A stretch of DNA of 64,000 bases, taken from a virus. Lineage: Duplodnaviria; Caudoviricetes. Of this stretch, positions 38,202 through 48,257 are shown one piece after another (the first letter of the stretch is position 1; each line of letters begins with the position of its first letter). The translations under genes were made by a program, and so were the position numbers. The stretch is from the IMG/VR virus record IMGVR_UViG_3300025167_000006, positions 1 through 64,000 of that record. One strand, given 5' to 3'. The notes under the pieces are model-generated. The model ran no database searches. It saw nothing but the letters and a program-made list of their open reading frames with translations, and had not been told where the DNA came from.

Positions 38202-39068
38202 CTACGAGCCCTTCTTGAACACAGGGCCCATCTGCACGTTGTCGATGATGTTGAGGAAGCTCAAGCCGGCGCCTTTGATTCCACCGCGAAGCAAGCTCCA
38301 GCCGACCATGCTCCACCACCCCTGCGCCTCCATCGATTCTGGATTCGACAGTTGTGCTCCCACTTGCTGGCCTGGGATCACGAAGTTTGGCGGGATGTAG
38401 GCCGGCATGTTCGCCGGCTGCGGAGCAACCATTGCTTGCTGCGGTTGCGGCGCTGGATGCTGGTAGTAAGGGTACTGCTGCTGCGGGTAGTACTGCTGCG
38501 ACTGCTGCGGGTAGTACATCGGCTGGGCTGGCCGTTGTAGCACCTGCTGCGGCGGTTGCTGCGCGTTTACTTGTCCTTGCTTGATGCCCGCTAGAAGCGA
38601 GTTGCTCACCACGCCAGGAAGCCCAGCTAGTGCCGGAGGTGGTTGCGGTATGCTCACTACCGTCGGCTGCTGTGGAAGTCCAGGTAGTGTTGGGAGCGAA
38701 TGTGGCAGCCCCGGAAGTGTTGGTAAAGTTACTGGTCTGCTGGTCACCATGGGCGCCATTGGCCTTGGTGGTTGTACGGATGTTGATGTTGGTAGCTGCA
38801 TCGGTTGTGGTTGCACGTGCTGTACCTCTCTATTCCGCGCTGCCGCGCATGCTTGGTAGTGGCCGCATTGTGGCCGCTTGTGGCCCCGGGTTTCATCCCA
38901 GTACGTTGGGTCGTTGCCCCCTCGGCATTTTGGGCTAGAGGCGTCCCACTTGTCGCCGAAGCAGGTGGGTCCACGCCACCCGCACGCCTCGCATATGCTA
39001 CGGCTCTTCTTGTCTTCTGCTGAGAAGCCGTTTTTCAGCCCGAACCCGCATCGTGGGCATTGGTGCAT
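38202..39068 (-). CDS. Cys-rich zinc-finger protein with a long Q/P/Y-rich region and hydrophobic C-terminus
   Basis: CPRC, CEAC, C, C, CxxxxxC; QQYYPQQQYPYYQ tract; C-terminal WWSMVGWSLLRGGIKG; AGGAGG RBS. Confidence 0.75.
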   Translation of the reverse strand: MHQCPRCGFGLKNGFSAEDKKSRSICEACGWRGPTCFGDKWDASSPKCRGGNDPTYWDETRGHKRPQCGHYQACAAARNREVQHVQPQPMQLPTSTSVQPPRPMAPMVTSRPVTLPTLPGLPHSLPTLPGLPQQPTVVSIPQPPPALAGLPGVVSNSLLAGIKQGQVNAQQPPQQVLQRPAQPMYYPQQSQQYYPQQQYPYYQHPAPQPQQAMVAPQPANMPAYIPPNFVIPGQQVGAQLSNPESMEAQGWWSMVGWSLLRGGIKGAGLSFLNIIDNVQMGPVFKKGS

Positions 39069-39110
39069 CAGTGCCTCCTGGAGCTAGCTCTTGGTCTGCT
39101 CTCTGATTCC

Positions 39111-39164
39111 CTTATGCCGCTTTTGTAACGTACCCTTGCAAGTGAAGTTCTGCGCGTTTACGCT
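39111..39164. promoter_or_regulatory. Divergent promoter region
   Basis: - strand GGCATAAG (39111-39118); + strand TTGCAA(39136-39141)-N17-TACGCT(39159-39164). Confidence 0.5.
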
Positions 39165-39181
39165 CACCTGGAGAGGCGTAC

Positions 39182-40624
39182 ATGGATAAGCTCAGTGGAC
39201 TGAAGCTCGACATTTTCGATGATGAGGACGGCTCGATTCTTCGCGGGCTGTTCCCAGCCTACGGTGAGCTTCCAGAGCTGGTGAAGAACGCCGGAGTACT
39301 CACGGAGGAAGACCGCAACAACCTTCCTGACGATGTGTACGCTCTCGTTCTTAGGGACGGGGACGTCACCCTTCGGAAGTACGCCTGCGTCGATGCTGGT
39401 AACGTGATGCTCAACATCGCGTACCTGCTCGCCCAGTCGCACCTTCTTCCAGTTGAAGCCACCAAGGTGGCGGCTTCTAACTTGTGCGTAGCGTGCCATT
39501 GGTACGACATCGAGCCGCCAGACGAGCTCAAGAAGATGAGCACCGGCTCCACTCCTGTGATCGGAAAGCAGCAGGTGTGGAAGGACATGGACGGCACGTT
39601 GTACGGCGTCGATCATCAGGACTGGTCGTTGCACAAGACAGCGGAGATCATCGGGTCTGTGGACATGCCGCTGCAGAGCCCACCCAGCACCGTCAACGAC
39701 ACCAAGTCCAAGAAGCTGTCCGTCATCCCGAAGACGGCGGAGGTGGACCTGCTCGAGGAGGCGTTTGGAATCAAGGTGGCGGAGGAGCCGGACCTGGGCA
39801 AGGAGCTGCCCACGAAGGACAACCCGGAGTCCTTCCCGCAAGTGAAGGTACTGAAGCCGCACGTCGACGTGACGGGCAAGGAGCCGCCAAAGCTGGTGCA
39901 CGAGAAGAACGCCAGCTACTGTTGCATGCCCTCCATCGGGAAGTATCCGATCGACACCTTCAATCAGGTGAAGGTCGCGAACGTCTACTTCCAAAGCAAC
40001 CACCGGCTCATGGTGCCCGAGGACCGCAGGGAGTTTGCGGTGAACCTCTGCAAGCGTGCAGAGCAGCTGTCCTACCCACTGAGCACCGTCGTGGAGGAGT
40101 ACGGGCTGCCGGGGTTCGCCAAGCGGGCACATGTGCAGAACTGCATCGACACGCGCAAGCTCCTTCTTCAGCCACACGCGGAGCAAGGAGACACGGAGCA
40201 GCTCAAGGTGGCGAGCGCTGACCTCATGTCGCTGTACGACCAGTTGATGGGGCAGTACGGGCTGATGCACCCGGACGTGTTCGCGGCGACCCTGGTGGAG
40301 ATCGACAAGCGGGCTGGCATCAACCCCCTGTGGGACGCGGATGTGCCGGACCCGTACTACTCCACGTTCGCGAAGACGGCCGCGGAGGCTGACCCCAAGG
40401 ACGCCATCCTGCTCGGCAACGAGTACATGAACGTGCGTGACCTGCAGATCTTCGCCAGGTCCAGGCCGGACACCCTCAAGACCTTGTTCGGCTGCGAGTT
40501 CCTCGAGGAGTTCCAGAAAGATCCAACGGCCATATTTGACTCGTTGCCGGCCGACCAGAAGAAGGTCATCATGCGTCTGGTGAACAACAGTCATTCGATG
40601 GGCTTGGGAGCTTCTGCCTCGTAG
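39182..40624 (+). CDS. Putative head/prohead protein rich in K-x-A motifs
   Basis: 480 aa, first gene of the portal operon; about 12 K-x-A sites. Confidence 0.55.
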   Translation: MDKLSGLKLDIFDDEDGSILRGLFPAYGELPELVKNAGVLTEEDRNNLPDDVYALVLRDGDVTLRKYACVDAGNVMLNIAYLLAQSHLLPVEATKVAASNLCVACHWYDIEPPDELKKMSTGSTPVIGKQQVWKDMDGTLYGVDHQDWSLHKTAEIIGSVDMPLQSPPSTVNDTKSKKLSVIPKTAEVDLLEEAFGIKVAEEPDLGKELPTKDNPESFPQVKVLKPHVDVTGKEPPKLVHEKNASYCCMPSIGKYPIDTFNQVKVANVYFQSNHRLMVPEDRREFAVNLCKRAEQLSYPLSTVVEEYGLPGFAKRAHVQNCIDTRKLLLQPHAEQGDTEQLKVASADLMSLYDQLMGQYGLMHPDVFAATLVEIDKRAGINPLWDADVPDPYYSTFAKTAAEADPKDAILLGNEYMNVRDLQIFARSRPDTLKTLFGCEFLEEFQKDPTAIFDSLPADQKKVIMRLVNNSHSMGLGASAS

Positions 40625-40625
40625 A

Positions 40626-41471
40626 ATGCCCGACTTTCACAAGCATGAGCCGGGCGTAGACGAGGCCCAACGTATCTTCGTGGAGGAGATGCGGAGGCTT
40701 GGCATCAAGCCTGATACGAGCAAGGGGCACGTGCCGGGGCTCATAGATGAGGAGTCCGAGCAGAGCACGGCTGTTGAAGAGACCACCGAGTACGAGGACG
40801 ACCGCACCAGGACAGATGTGGAGCCGGCGCCCAAGCGCCCGACCACCATCAACTTGTTCCAGCATCCAGACGCTCACCCGTTCGTGCTGGACCTAGCGCT
40901 GCTTCGGCAGTACGGGCCTGAGTGGCTTCAGTGGGAGCCGGAGACGCTCGAGGACATCATCCTTCGGGACTTCAAGACGAAGTCTCTCAGCGACGTGAAC
41001 CTGGAGAAGCTTCAGGGGATTCGGTCGCTGCACATGCAGGACACGTTCTGGACCGACTGGCACATCTTCATGCCGGTGGCGCTCGCGCTGAACGGAGTTC
41101 CTGCGGACTTCGAAGTGATGCAGCACCTGACGGTTCCGCAGGCCATGATCGCTGTCGACATCGCGTCTCGAATCCGAGATGACGTGAAGTGGTCTGTGGA
41201 GATGGAGACCTTCCTCAGCGTTCTTCATCACCATGAGGGGTTCTTCGTTCCACAAGATCCGCTTGCTTGGGTGAAGGTCGACCACGAGGAGTACCCCGTG
41301 GATGTGGAGGAGGTATCTCGTCGGTGGCCGGCAGTGAAGGCGTCGGGCAAGCCACCAGAGCAGACGAGTGTGGAGAACGAGCAGCTTCGTAGAATGCTGG
41401 GAGCCCTGGAACTACTACGAGAAGACAGGCGGCGGGTCACAGATCAGCTGCCGCTCATTTACAATGCCTGA
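40626..41471 (+). CDS. Hypothetical protein (portal operon)
   Basis: 281 aa; strong coding bias. Confidence 0.7.
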   Translation: MPDFHKHEPGVDEAQRIFVEEMRRLGIKPDTSKGHVPGLIDEESEQSTAVEETTEYEDDRTRTDVEPAPKRPTTINLFQHPDAHPFVLDLALLRQYGPEWLQWEPETLEDIILRDFKTKSLSDVNLEKLQGIRSLHMQDTFWTDWHIFMPVALALNGVPADFEVMQHLTVPQAMIAVDIASRIRDDVKWSVEMETFLSVLHHHEGFFVPQDPLAWVKVDHEEYPVDVEEVSRRWPAVKASGKPPEQTSVENEQLRRMLGALELLREDRRRVTDQLPLIYNA

Positions 41472-42669
41472 GCATGTAACCCCTGAGATGATGCTCGCGT
41501 TCGAAGACGAGCTTCTCAAGTCGGCTTCCGTGGGGGACGCCATCGGCAGGATTGGCGCGCCCATTCTTGGTCGCCTGGGTGGTCTGCTTCCTCGGATGGG
41601 TGGGCGGGCCGCGGGGCAGGAGGCGGGACAAGCCGGGTCTCAGCTGGCCGGAAGGATTGCTGGGGCTGGGGCCGGGATGGGTCTCGGGGCTGCTGGTGGC
41701 GGCGCCATCGGGGCTGGGGTGGGCGGATACCAGGGTTACCAAGCGGAACGGGAGCAAGGCGGCGGCGGGGTGGGCGGAGCCCTCACCGGTGCACTGAAGG
41801 GTGGGGGCATGGGAGCTGGGCTGGGGGCTGCAGCCGGCGCTGGGCTTGGCGCGTCTGGTGGGAGAGTTGGCGAAGCCATCGCTGGCGTTGCGGGCGGCGC
41901 TGGCCGGGGCTTGAAGCCAGCGGCGCTGGCTCGTTTCGGGCAACGGCAGCTTCACGCCGTGACCGGATTGACTCCGGGGGGAGCTCCTCGTACGCTGGCC
42001 GGCGGGCAGGTCAATCCAGCGTACATGGAAGCCATGGAGAAGATGAAGATGCCGGGGTTGGAGTATGCCGCCACCCGGCTGCAGGCAGCACGGAGTGCCG
42101 TGAACAGCGGTGGTGGGGAGAAGGCGCTCACTGAGCTCGGCCGGGCAGCAGCTGGTAGAGCAACAGCTGAGGAGGCCGTTGGCAAGGGGATGACCAACTT
42201 GCCCGGGATGGTGCAAGCGCTTTCACAGAAGGGTGGGATGTCCGACGCGTGGCGCCTGGGGGTGAAGCCGCAGTGGACACAGCAAGGGCGCGGGGGGAAG
42301 GCGCTACTGGCGCTTCCGGTGATTGGAGCTGCGCAGGAGGCGATGAACCCCGATGAGGTTGAAGGACGGGGCGGTCGAGCAGAGCGCGTGGGGAACTCCA
42401 TCGGGATGGGGCTTGGGTACGCGTCGATGCCGTTCATGCCCATTGCTGGCGCAGAGCTCGCGTCTCGTGGGCTAGCTGGAGCTGGCGGCGGAGTCGGACG
42501 AGGCATCGATCGGTTAGTGGGGAAGATGAAGCCGAAGAACGACTTGGAGCTCGGGAACAACCCTGGAGCTCCAGTTCAAACTTCTGGTGTTGGAGAGGCG
42601 CGAGTGGAGCGTGAGTTCACAGAGCGCGCTCTTGGCAAGGCGCCAGACATGGGATTCGGTGGGCTATGA
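41464..42669 (+). CDS. Glycine-zipper protein, possibly an internal/ejection protein
   Basis: ATG 41464; AFEDELLKSA followed by many GxxxG repeats; ATGA overlap with the portal gene. Confidence 0.6.
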   Translation: MPEHVTPEMMLAFEDELLKSASVGDAIGRIGAPILGRLGGLLPRMGGRAAGQEAGQAGSQLAGRIAGAGAGMGLGAAGGGAIGAGVGGYQGYQAEREQGGGGVGGALTGALKGGGMGAGLGAAAGAGLGASGGRVGEAIAGVAGGAGRGLKPAALARFGQRQLHAVTGLTPGGAPRTLAGGQVNPAYMEAMEKMKMPGLEYAATRLQAARSAVNSGGGEKALTELGRAAAGRATAEEAVGKGMTNLPGMVQALSQKGGMSDAWRLGVKPQWTQQGRGGKALLALPVIGAAQEAMNPDEVEGRGGRAERVGNSIGMGLGYASMPFMPIAGAELASRGLAGAGGGVGRGIDRLVGKMKPKNDLELGNNPGAPVQTSGVGEARVEREFTERALGKAPDMGFGGL

Positions 42670-44696
42670 GTTACTCAGCTGGGTTCTTCGGTGGCAGCCC
42701 CACCTCCCCAATGCGGTTCGCCAGCGGGGGCATAACCCGCGGTCGTATTCAGGGCGGCTCTACCGGTGGCGTCAACTACCCCTCGCCGTTCTTCGACGTC
42801 GCGCACACGTACCTGCCGACCACGGTCAAGCAGCTATTCAAGTTTTGCCGGTACTTCTTCCTCACCAACTCGCTCATCAACGCCATCATCATGAAGTTGA
42901 GCGAGTACCCCGTGACCGACGTGGAGATCGACCACGAGGACCCCGAGGTGGTGCGCAAGTGGAAGGACTACTTGCAGAACACCGCGCGTATTCGCCCGTT
43001 TCAGGTGGAGTGCGGCCTCGACTACAACTGCTACGGCAACACGCTGGTCTCCCTGAGCTTCCCGTTCCAGAAGTACCTTACGTGCCCGCACTGCCAGTTC
43101 ACCGAGCAGGCGCGCAAGATCCGAAACAACTGGCTCTACACCAGCAACGAGTTCCGACTCAGCTGTCCGAAGTGCGGGAGCACCGGTGCGGCCACCCCGC
43201 AGGACTGGTACTACAGGGACGCGAGCTCCATCCGTCCCATTCGTTGGAACGTTGAGGACGTAGAGATCAACTACAACGAGCTCACGGGGGACTACACGCA
43301 CTTCTACACCATCCCTGCCCCCATCCGTGCGGACATCACGTTGGGGAAGAAGGACGTGGTAGAAGGGATGCCTCAGATCTTCTTGCAGGCCATTCGTCAG
43401 CAGAAGGGCGTGGTCTTCTCAAAGAACAACCTCTTCCATCTACGCCGCGCCACACTGGCTGGACAGGACCGTGGCTGGGGCATTCCCCTGATCCTGCCGG
43501 TGCTGAAGGACGCGTTCTACCTGCAGATCATGCGCAAGGCGCAGGAGAGCATTCTTCTCGAGCACATCGTTCCTCTGCGCGTCATCTTCCCACAGGCAGC
43601 GAGTGGAACGAGCGACCCGTTCACCTCAGTGAGCTTGGTCGACTGGCGTGACCAGGTCGCGCAAGAGATTGCTCGTTGGAGGCACGACACGAACTACATC
43701 CCGATCATGCCGCTGCCGCTTGGGTCGCAGAGCATTGGCGGTGATGGAAAAGCCATGCTGCTCAGCGGCGAGATGATGCAGCTGGGTGAGCAGATCATTA
43801 TGGGCATGGGTGTCCCGCGAGAGTTCCTCCAGGGAGGGCTGAGCTACGCGGGCACCAACATCTCCATGCGCATGCTCGAGAACATGTTCATCAGCTACAC
43901 CAGCCGTCAGCTGCAGATGGTCAAGTGGATGGTGGACATGGTCGCCGGCTTCATGGAGTGGCCGCGGGTGAACATCCGGTTCAAGCCGTTCAAGATGGCC
44001 GACGACATGCAGCGGAAGGCGTACCTCTTCCAGCTGAACCAGGCCCAGAAGATCAGCGACACCACACTTCTTGGGGACATCGACCTTCATCAGGAGGATG
44101 AGGACGAGATCATGGAGGCGGAGCTGGACCGCCGACTGCGCGTGCAGCAGAAGCAGCAGATAGCTCAAGCGCAGATTCAAGGTGAGGCGCAGGTGGTGAT
44201 GATGAAGCTGCAGGCGAAGGCGCAGCAAGCGCAGCTGCAGGCACAGCAGCAGCCTGCAGCTCCTGGAGAGCCCGGTGGTCCTCCTGTGGGACCTGGTGCT
44301 CCTCCAGCCGAGCAGACGGCGTTTACTGGTCCTACGCCTCCTCAACCAATGGCTCTTCCTCCTGGAGGAGCAGTCAGCGGCAGCGTCCCAGAGCACGCGC
44401 AGTCCCCGCTCAACAGCGGTCAAGACCTTGGCGTCTCCCCTGGTCAGCCGGAGAAGATGCCGGTGGACCTCATCAGACTCGCCGAGGGGTACGCTCGGCA
44501 GATGCTCTCGCTTCCTCCAGCGCAGCAAGACCAGGCGGTGCGAGCGATTGAGCTGCAGTCCCCAGAGTTGGCGCAACTGGTGACGGAGTACTTGGCGGCT
44601 TTGAAGCAGGAGCAGGGTGCTCCTGCAGCTACTCCCGTAGACATGCGACCGCTGCCTGAAGTTCGGCCGCCCCGGCGAGAGGCTGCGCTCGTCTGA
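42666..44696 (+). CDS. Portal protein with a zinc-ribbon insertion and Q/P-rich tail
   Basis: LINAIIMKLSEYPVT, DYNCYGN, FHLRR...GWGIPLILP, IIMGMGVP..FL.G..SY; CPHC...CPKC insert. Confidence 0.75.
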   Translation: MSYSAGFFGGSPTSPMRFASGGITRGRIQGGSTGGVNYPSPFFDVAHTYLPTTVKQLFKFCRYFFLTNSLINAIIMKLSEYPVTDVEIDHEDPEVVRKWKDYLQNTARIRPFQVECGLDYNCYGNTLVSLSFPFQKYLTCPHCQFTEQARKIRNNWLYTSNEFRLSCPKCGSTGAATPQDWYYRDASSIRPIRWNVEDVEINYNELTGDYTHFYTIPAPIRADITLGKKDVVEGMPQIFLQAIRQQKGVVFSKNNLFHLRRATLAGQDRGWGIPLILPVLKDAFYLQIMRKAQESILLEHIVPLRVIFPQAASGTSDPFTSVSLVDWRDQVAQEIARWRHDTNYIPIMPLPLGSQSIGGDGKAMLLSGEMMQLGEQIIMGMGVPREFLQGGLSYAGTNISMRMLENMFISYTSRQLQMVKWMVDMVAGFMEWPRVNIRFKPFKMADDMQRKAYLFQLNQAQKISDTTLLGDIDLHQEDEDEIMEAELDRRLRVQQKQQIAQAQIQGEAQVVMMKLQAKAQQAQLQAQQQPAAPGEPGGPPVGPGAPPAEQTAFTGPTPPQPMALPPGGAVSGSVPEHAQSPLNSGQDLGVSPGQPEKMPVDLIRLAEGYARQMLSLPPAQQDQAVRAIELQSPELAQLVTEYLAALKQEQGAPAATPVDMRPLPEVRPPRREAALV

Positions 44697-44709
44697 GTTG
44701 GGGCTAAAT

Positions 44710-44732
44710 GGGGCGCCCGGGAAGGGCGCCCC
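44710..44732. terminator. Hairpin between convergent portal and vWA genes
   Basis: GGGGCGCCC-GGGAA-GGGCGCCCC. Confidence 0.65.
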
Positions 44733-44745
44733 ACGGTGTGGGACT

Positions 44746-46155
44746 TCAGCCTAGCCTCTGATTCGGGTCGCAGACCACGACCTTACCCCAGGGGGCTGGC
44801 CTCATCGCCTGCGATGTGCGGACGATGCACCAGATGAAGGCAACTCCTGGGGGTGGGGCTGCAGGTGCTGTTCCGCAGCCGTCTGTCATGTAGATGAAGA
44901 CGTTCGGCTTGGGGCGTAGCTTCAGAGCGCGCTCTATCGCCTGGCAGAAGTTGGTGCCGCCTCTTCCTAGCACAGGTAGTCGCGGTACTTGCGCTGGGGA
45001 TATTCGTCTGACCGCGTGCACAACAACGTCTGCATCGATGAGCCAGAACTGGGAGATGTCAGCCTTCTTGATAGCACCTATGATCTCCACGTTGGTGCTC
45101 TGGAGCTCCTTGTCTCCCATGGATAGCGACGTGTCTCTGATGCACACGATCTCCGGGTCTCCGTCGATCGGGCCTGATAGAAGAACGCCTAGGAACGGTG
45201 AGGACAGTGAGGGTCGACGGACGGAGTAGTCGCGGGAGCCACGACGAATCTCTCCGACCGTCAATCGAACAACGCGCCGAAGCACCCGGCGCCAGTTGAC
45301 GTCCGGCTTCTTGTAGCGGCTGTCGATCATCTCCTTGAATCTGCCAGGGTCTCTGCCGATTCCTTTTCTGGAGACCCAGTCCGCTATGGCGTCCAGCGTG
45401 TTTCGGCGGATGGACTCCACCTCAACCTCTGAGCGACCGTGCTCTTGGTCCAGCTTGCCCTCAACCTCCGGGTCTGGAGCGTTGCCACCAGCAGACCCAC
45501 ACCCGCCGGAGCCGATATCAGGCTTCCACTTCTTTCCAGAACCTCCCGGTGCTTTACCCTCGCCGTCTCCTTCACCATCTCCTTTGCCTTCACCATCTTC
45601 ATTGCCGCCTTCCTCACCCTCTTCACCCTCGCCTTCCTCATCGCCATCGCCAAAGAGCTTGTCCATCATCTCTCTGGTCGACCCGCCGTAGTCTTGCGCC
45701 TTCTCTGTGAGTAGGTCGTAGTACTGCTCTAGCGTGAGGTTGGGCGGGAAGTTGAACTCGGGGCAGTCGTGGTAGATGACCCAGTGCGGCAGCTTCCAGC
45801 CTTCCTCTCGCAGAGGACCGTTGATGGCCATGTCCCCCGCTATGTTGGCCCTCTCCTTGTCGGCGAGCGCCTCCAACCGCCAGATGCCGCGCAGAACGTG
45901 CTCAGCTTCATGTACGAGAGCACCCGCCATCACCTCCTTCTTGGAGAGCTCTGGGTCTAGGCACACTCGTTCCGGGTTGAAGTAGAGCACCAACCCCGTG
46001 GTGACACCCATCGCGTGCTTCAGCCCGGGTACTGGCACAGGCGTGAGGTTCAGTAGCGTGTCGGAGATGTACGGGGCGCACGGGTCCTTGTGGTAGTCCA
46101 TGATGTACGCCCGTGCCGCGGAGATCAGGTTCAGTGCTTCTACCTCGTAGTTCAT
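44746..46155 (-). CDS. Metallopeptidase-vWA protein (DUF2201-like)
   Basis: HEAEH, NIAGDMAIN, E/G-rich linker, MIDAS DTSLSM, GRGGTNF, MTDG; ATG 46155 overlaps the ATPase TGA. Confidence 0.85.
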   Translation of the reverse strand: MNYEVEALNLISAARAYIMDYHKDPCAPYISDTLLNLTPVPVPGLKHAMGVTTGLVLYFNPERVCLDPELSKKEVMAGALVHEAEHVLRGIWRLEALADKERANIAGDMAINGPLREEGWKLPHWVIYHDCPEFNFPPNLTLEQYYDLLTEKAQDYGGSTREMMDKLFGDGDEEGEGEEGEEGGNEDGEGKGDGEGDGEGKAPGGSGKKWKPDIGSGGCGSAGGNAPDPEVEGKLDQEHGRSEVEVESIRRNTLDAIADWVSRKGIGRDPGRFKEMIDSRYKKPDVNWRRVLRRVVRLTVGEIRRGSRDYSVRRPSLSSPFLGVLLSGPIDGDPEIVCIRDTSLSMGDKELQSTNVEIIGAIKKADISQFWLIDADVVVHAVRRISPAQVPRLPVLGRGGTNFCQAIERALKLRPKPNVFIYMTDGCGTAPAAPPPGVAFIWCIVRTSQAMRPAPWGKVVVCDPNQRLG

Positions 46156-47438
46156 CAGTGAATGTGCTCCACTACTCTGGTGGCGTTGATCGCTGAACAC
46201 ACAACGTCCGCGGCGTCGATAACCGCTCGATCTTGGCAGTCCATTGGGCCGAGGCCGGCTTTGATGAGCTCTGAGACTCTGTCCACGACGATGTCCACGT
46301 TTCCAGAGTCCATGACTCGCTTGATGAGCACCCAGCACTTGACGGCGTACTCCAGCCGCTCTGCTTCGTCTTTTCTGTTGAGTACCCAGTCGACGCAGGA
46401 GTTCATGGTGGCGCGTACGATGTCTATCCGGCGCGGTATCTTCCACGTACCACTCATGGCCTCCATCGGGCTTGGCAGGTCTACCTTGGCACAGTACGAC
46501 GCCCATTCGGTGGCTAGGGCGGGACCGACCAGGCATTCGACCATGTCTATCTCCAGCTTCGGGTCCAGCCCCAAGCAGCGGATAGTGGTCACCCCAAACA
46601 TCGCCCAGGACCAAGTACGGTGTGACGGCCAGGCTCCACCCGACTGAGGCTCTTCGGGATCTGGTCGGTTGTGTAGCTTGGTCTTCTTGACGGTCACCAC
46701 CTTGCCGTCCTTGTCCTTCTCGTCGGACCGCACTTCATAAGACCCGCCGTTGGCGAGCATGAACTCTGCGGCTAGGTTGGCCACCGTGGGGTAAAAGTTG
46801 AACCAGTTGCCCTTCACGCGAGCTTCGCCGTTTTCGAACCGCAGGACGTCTGGTCGATACCGGCCGCACATGTACGCGCCCCACTGCTCAGGCGTCGGGT
46901 TTTGGTACGGGAAGTGGGCCATTCTGTTGGCCAGAGGAATCTCCAGCTCTTGACCGTGCGCGGCGATGTCAGCGGGGTTCATCGCCAGCACTATCCGAGT
47001 TCGGTTGGGCAGCGCGTACTCGCCCACCTGGCGCTCGTTGACGAACGATAGAAGTGCGGCTTGCACAGAGCTGGAGGCGCAGGAGACCTCGTCTAGGAAT
47101 ATGATGCCGCCGCGGAAGCACAGCGCATCCTTCACCTGCGGAAGCCCGCACACCACATGAACCTCTCCATCCGGGCTGGGCACGAATACGCCGGCGAAGT
47201 GTTCGGGGGACTTGGTGGACGAATAGATGGTCCACGTCGGCTGTCCGATCATCGCGCCGAGCGTCTTGATGCGCTCGGTCTTGCCGACGCCCGAGTCACC
47301 GATGAAGTTTACTGGGATCCCCCAGCGGCAGTCTTCTAGGTCAATCTTCAACGGATTGATGATGGGCGTCATCATCGCAGCCGTGAAGAACTGTTCGAAC
47401 CTACCACCAATGCTTCGTTCAATCTTTGCAGCGTCCAT
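46155..47438 (-). CDS. MoxR-type AAA+ ATPase
   Basis: GDSGVGKT, IFLDE, VQAALL, LAMNP, PLANRMAH, PSHRTW. Confidence 0.9.
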   Translation of the reverse strand: MDAAKIERSIGGRFEQFFTAAMMTPIINPLKIDLEDCRWGIPVNFIGDSGVGKTERIKTLGAMIGQPTWTIYSSTKSPEHFAGVFVPSPDGEVHVVCGLPQVKDALCFRGGIIFLDEVSCASSSVQAALLSFVNERQVGEYALPNRTRIVLAMNPADIAAHGQELEIPLANRMAHFPYQNPTPEQWGAYMCGRYRPDVLRFENGEARVKGNWFNFYPTVANLAAEFMLANGGSYEVRSDEKDKDGKVVTVKKTKLHNRPDPEEPQSGGAWPSHRTWSWAMFGVTTIRCLGLDPKLEIDMVECLVGPALATEWASYCAKVDLPSPMEAMSGTWKIPRRIDIVRATMNSCVDWVLNRKDEAERLEYAVKCWVLIKRVMDSGNVDIVVDRVSELIKAGLGPMDCQDRAVIDAADVVCSAINATRVVEHIH

Positions 47439-47709
47439 GATCCTCCAAGAACTTCTTCACTTCAGGGCAGAACTTTTCTTCTAGGGCCGTGATTACGCAG
47501 TCGCATTTCAGGACTAGAAAACCTGGTTTACCGTTTAGGCTGAATGGCATGTACACACCGCCGGGTGTGTTCACAGATCTGTTGTGGCGCTTGGCCGTGT
47601 CTATCGAGGCCAGCACGTGGGCCATCAGCTGCTCCTGGCTGAGGGAGGAGGCACCAGGCCACCGCTCCCTCAGCCGTTGAATCGCATGCTCCTTTACCCG
47701 GTTACCCAT
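47419..47709 (-). CDS. Small protein with an HAxxRxxER motif (possible RelE/BECR-like fold)
   Basis: EHAIQRLRER...LVLK...VITAL. Confidence 0.5.
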   Translation of the reverse strand: MGNRVKEHAIQRLRERWPGASSLSQEQLMAHVLASIDTAKRHNRSVNTPGGVYMPFSLNGKPGFLVLKCDCVITALEEKFCPEVKKFLEDHGRCKD

Positions 47710-48257
47710 GTAGATCGGGTATCTGCTGCCTCGTTGATGGCAGCGATGGCGTCGTTCTCATCCCAGTACACCGTTACTTGATCGTTCAGCACCCACAAGC
47801 AGGAGGCGCACAGAACGTCGGGAGTTGTTCCCATTGCGACGAAGTCCGACTCTTCTCCATTGGGGCTTTGCTGCGAGAGAAGTATCCTACCCAAGTGAGC
47901 CACCGCTACGATTTCACCGATGGCCACCTGGCTCTTGCAGATGGAGCAACTGCATACGCAATAGTCGGGGACGGAGGTCGACCCCACTTCTGCATCTTCG
48001 TTGCAGGCGTGTACTTGTTCGACCTCGGATGACCAGCACTGCACCTCTAAGAAGTGCGGGTTGAACGCGTAGTCTCCGTCCGGAGTAAGAACGTCTTCTA
48101 GTTCTAGAGTGCAGTCAGACCCTTGGCCCATGACTCGCGTACGCACCACGCGGATGAGGTAGCACTCCTCACCGTATCCAATAGAATCTCCGCATGCGCT
48201 GCAAGCGAGTGTGGACGTCCAATCGTCCTTGTTACTTGCGGTCATAGCCGCGCCCAT
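47694..48257 (-). CDS. Acidic Cys-rich double zinc-finger protein
   Basis: CSACG...H...C, then CSIC...CASC; two similar halves. Confidence 0.65.
   Translation of the reverse strand: MGAAMTASNKDDWTSTLACSACGDSIGYGEECYLIRVVRTRVMGQGSDCTLELEDVLTPDGDYAFNPHFLEVQCWSSEVEQVHACNEDAEVGSTSVPDYCVCSCSICKSQVAIGEIVAVAHLGRILLSQQSPNGEESDFVAMGTTPDVLCASCLWVLNDQVTVYWDENDAIAAINEAADTRSTWVTG

Noticed and set aside
39164-40594. 476-aa - strand ORF, and similar long antisense ORFs (9773-10969, 43626-44576, 54912-55742, 57284-58201, 59813-61114)
   Set aside because: Shadow frames of GC3-biased + strand genes, with no motifs.
46156-46614. N-terminal 153 aa of the 622-aa ORF, and similar extensions of the 26606-27181 and 48909-49736 ORFs
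   Set aside because: They overlap real genes in other frames; coupled or RBS-supported starts lie at 46155, 26950 and 49058.
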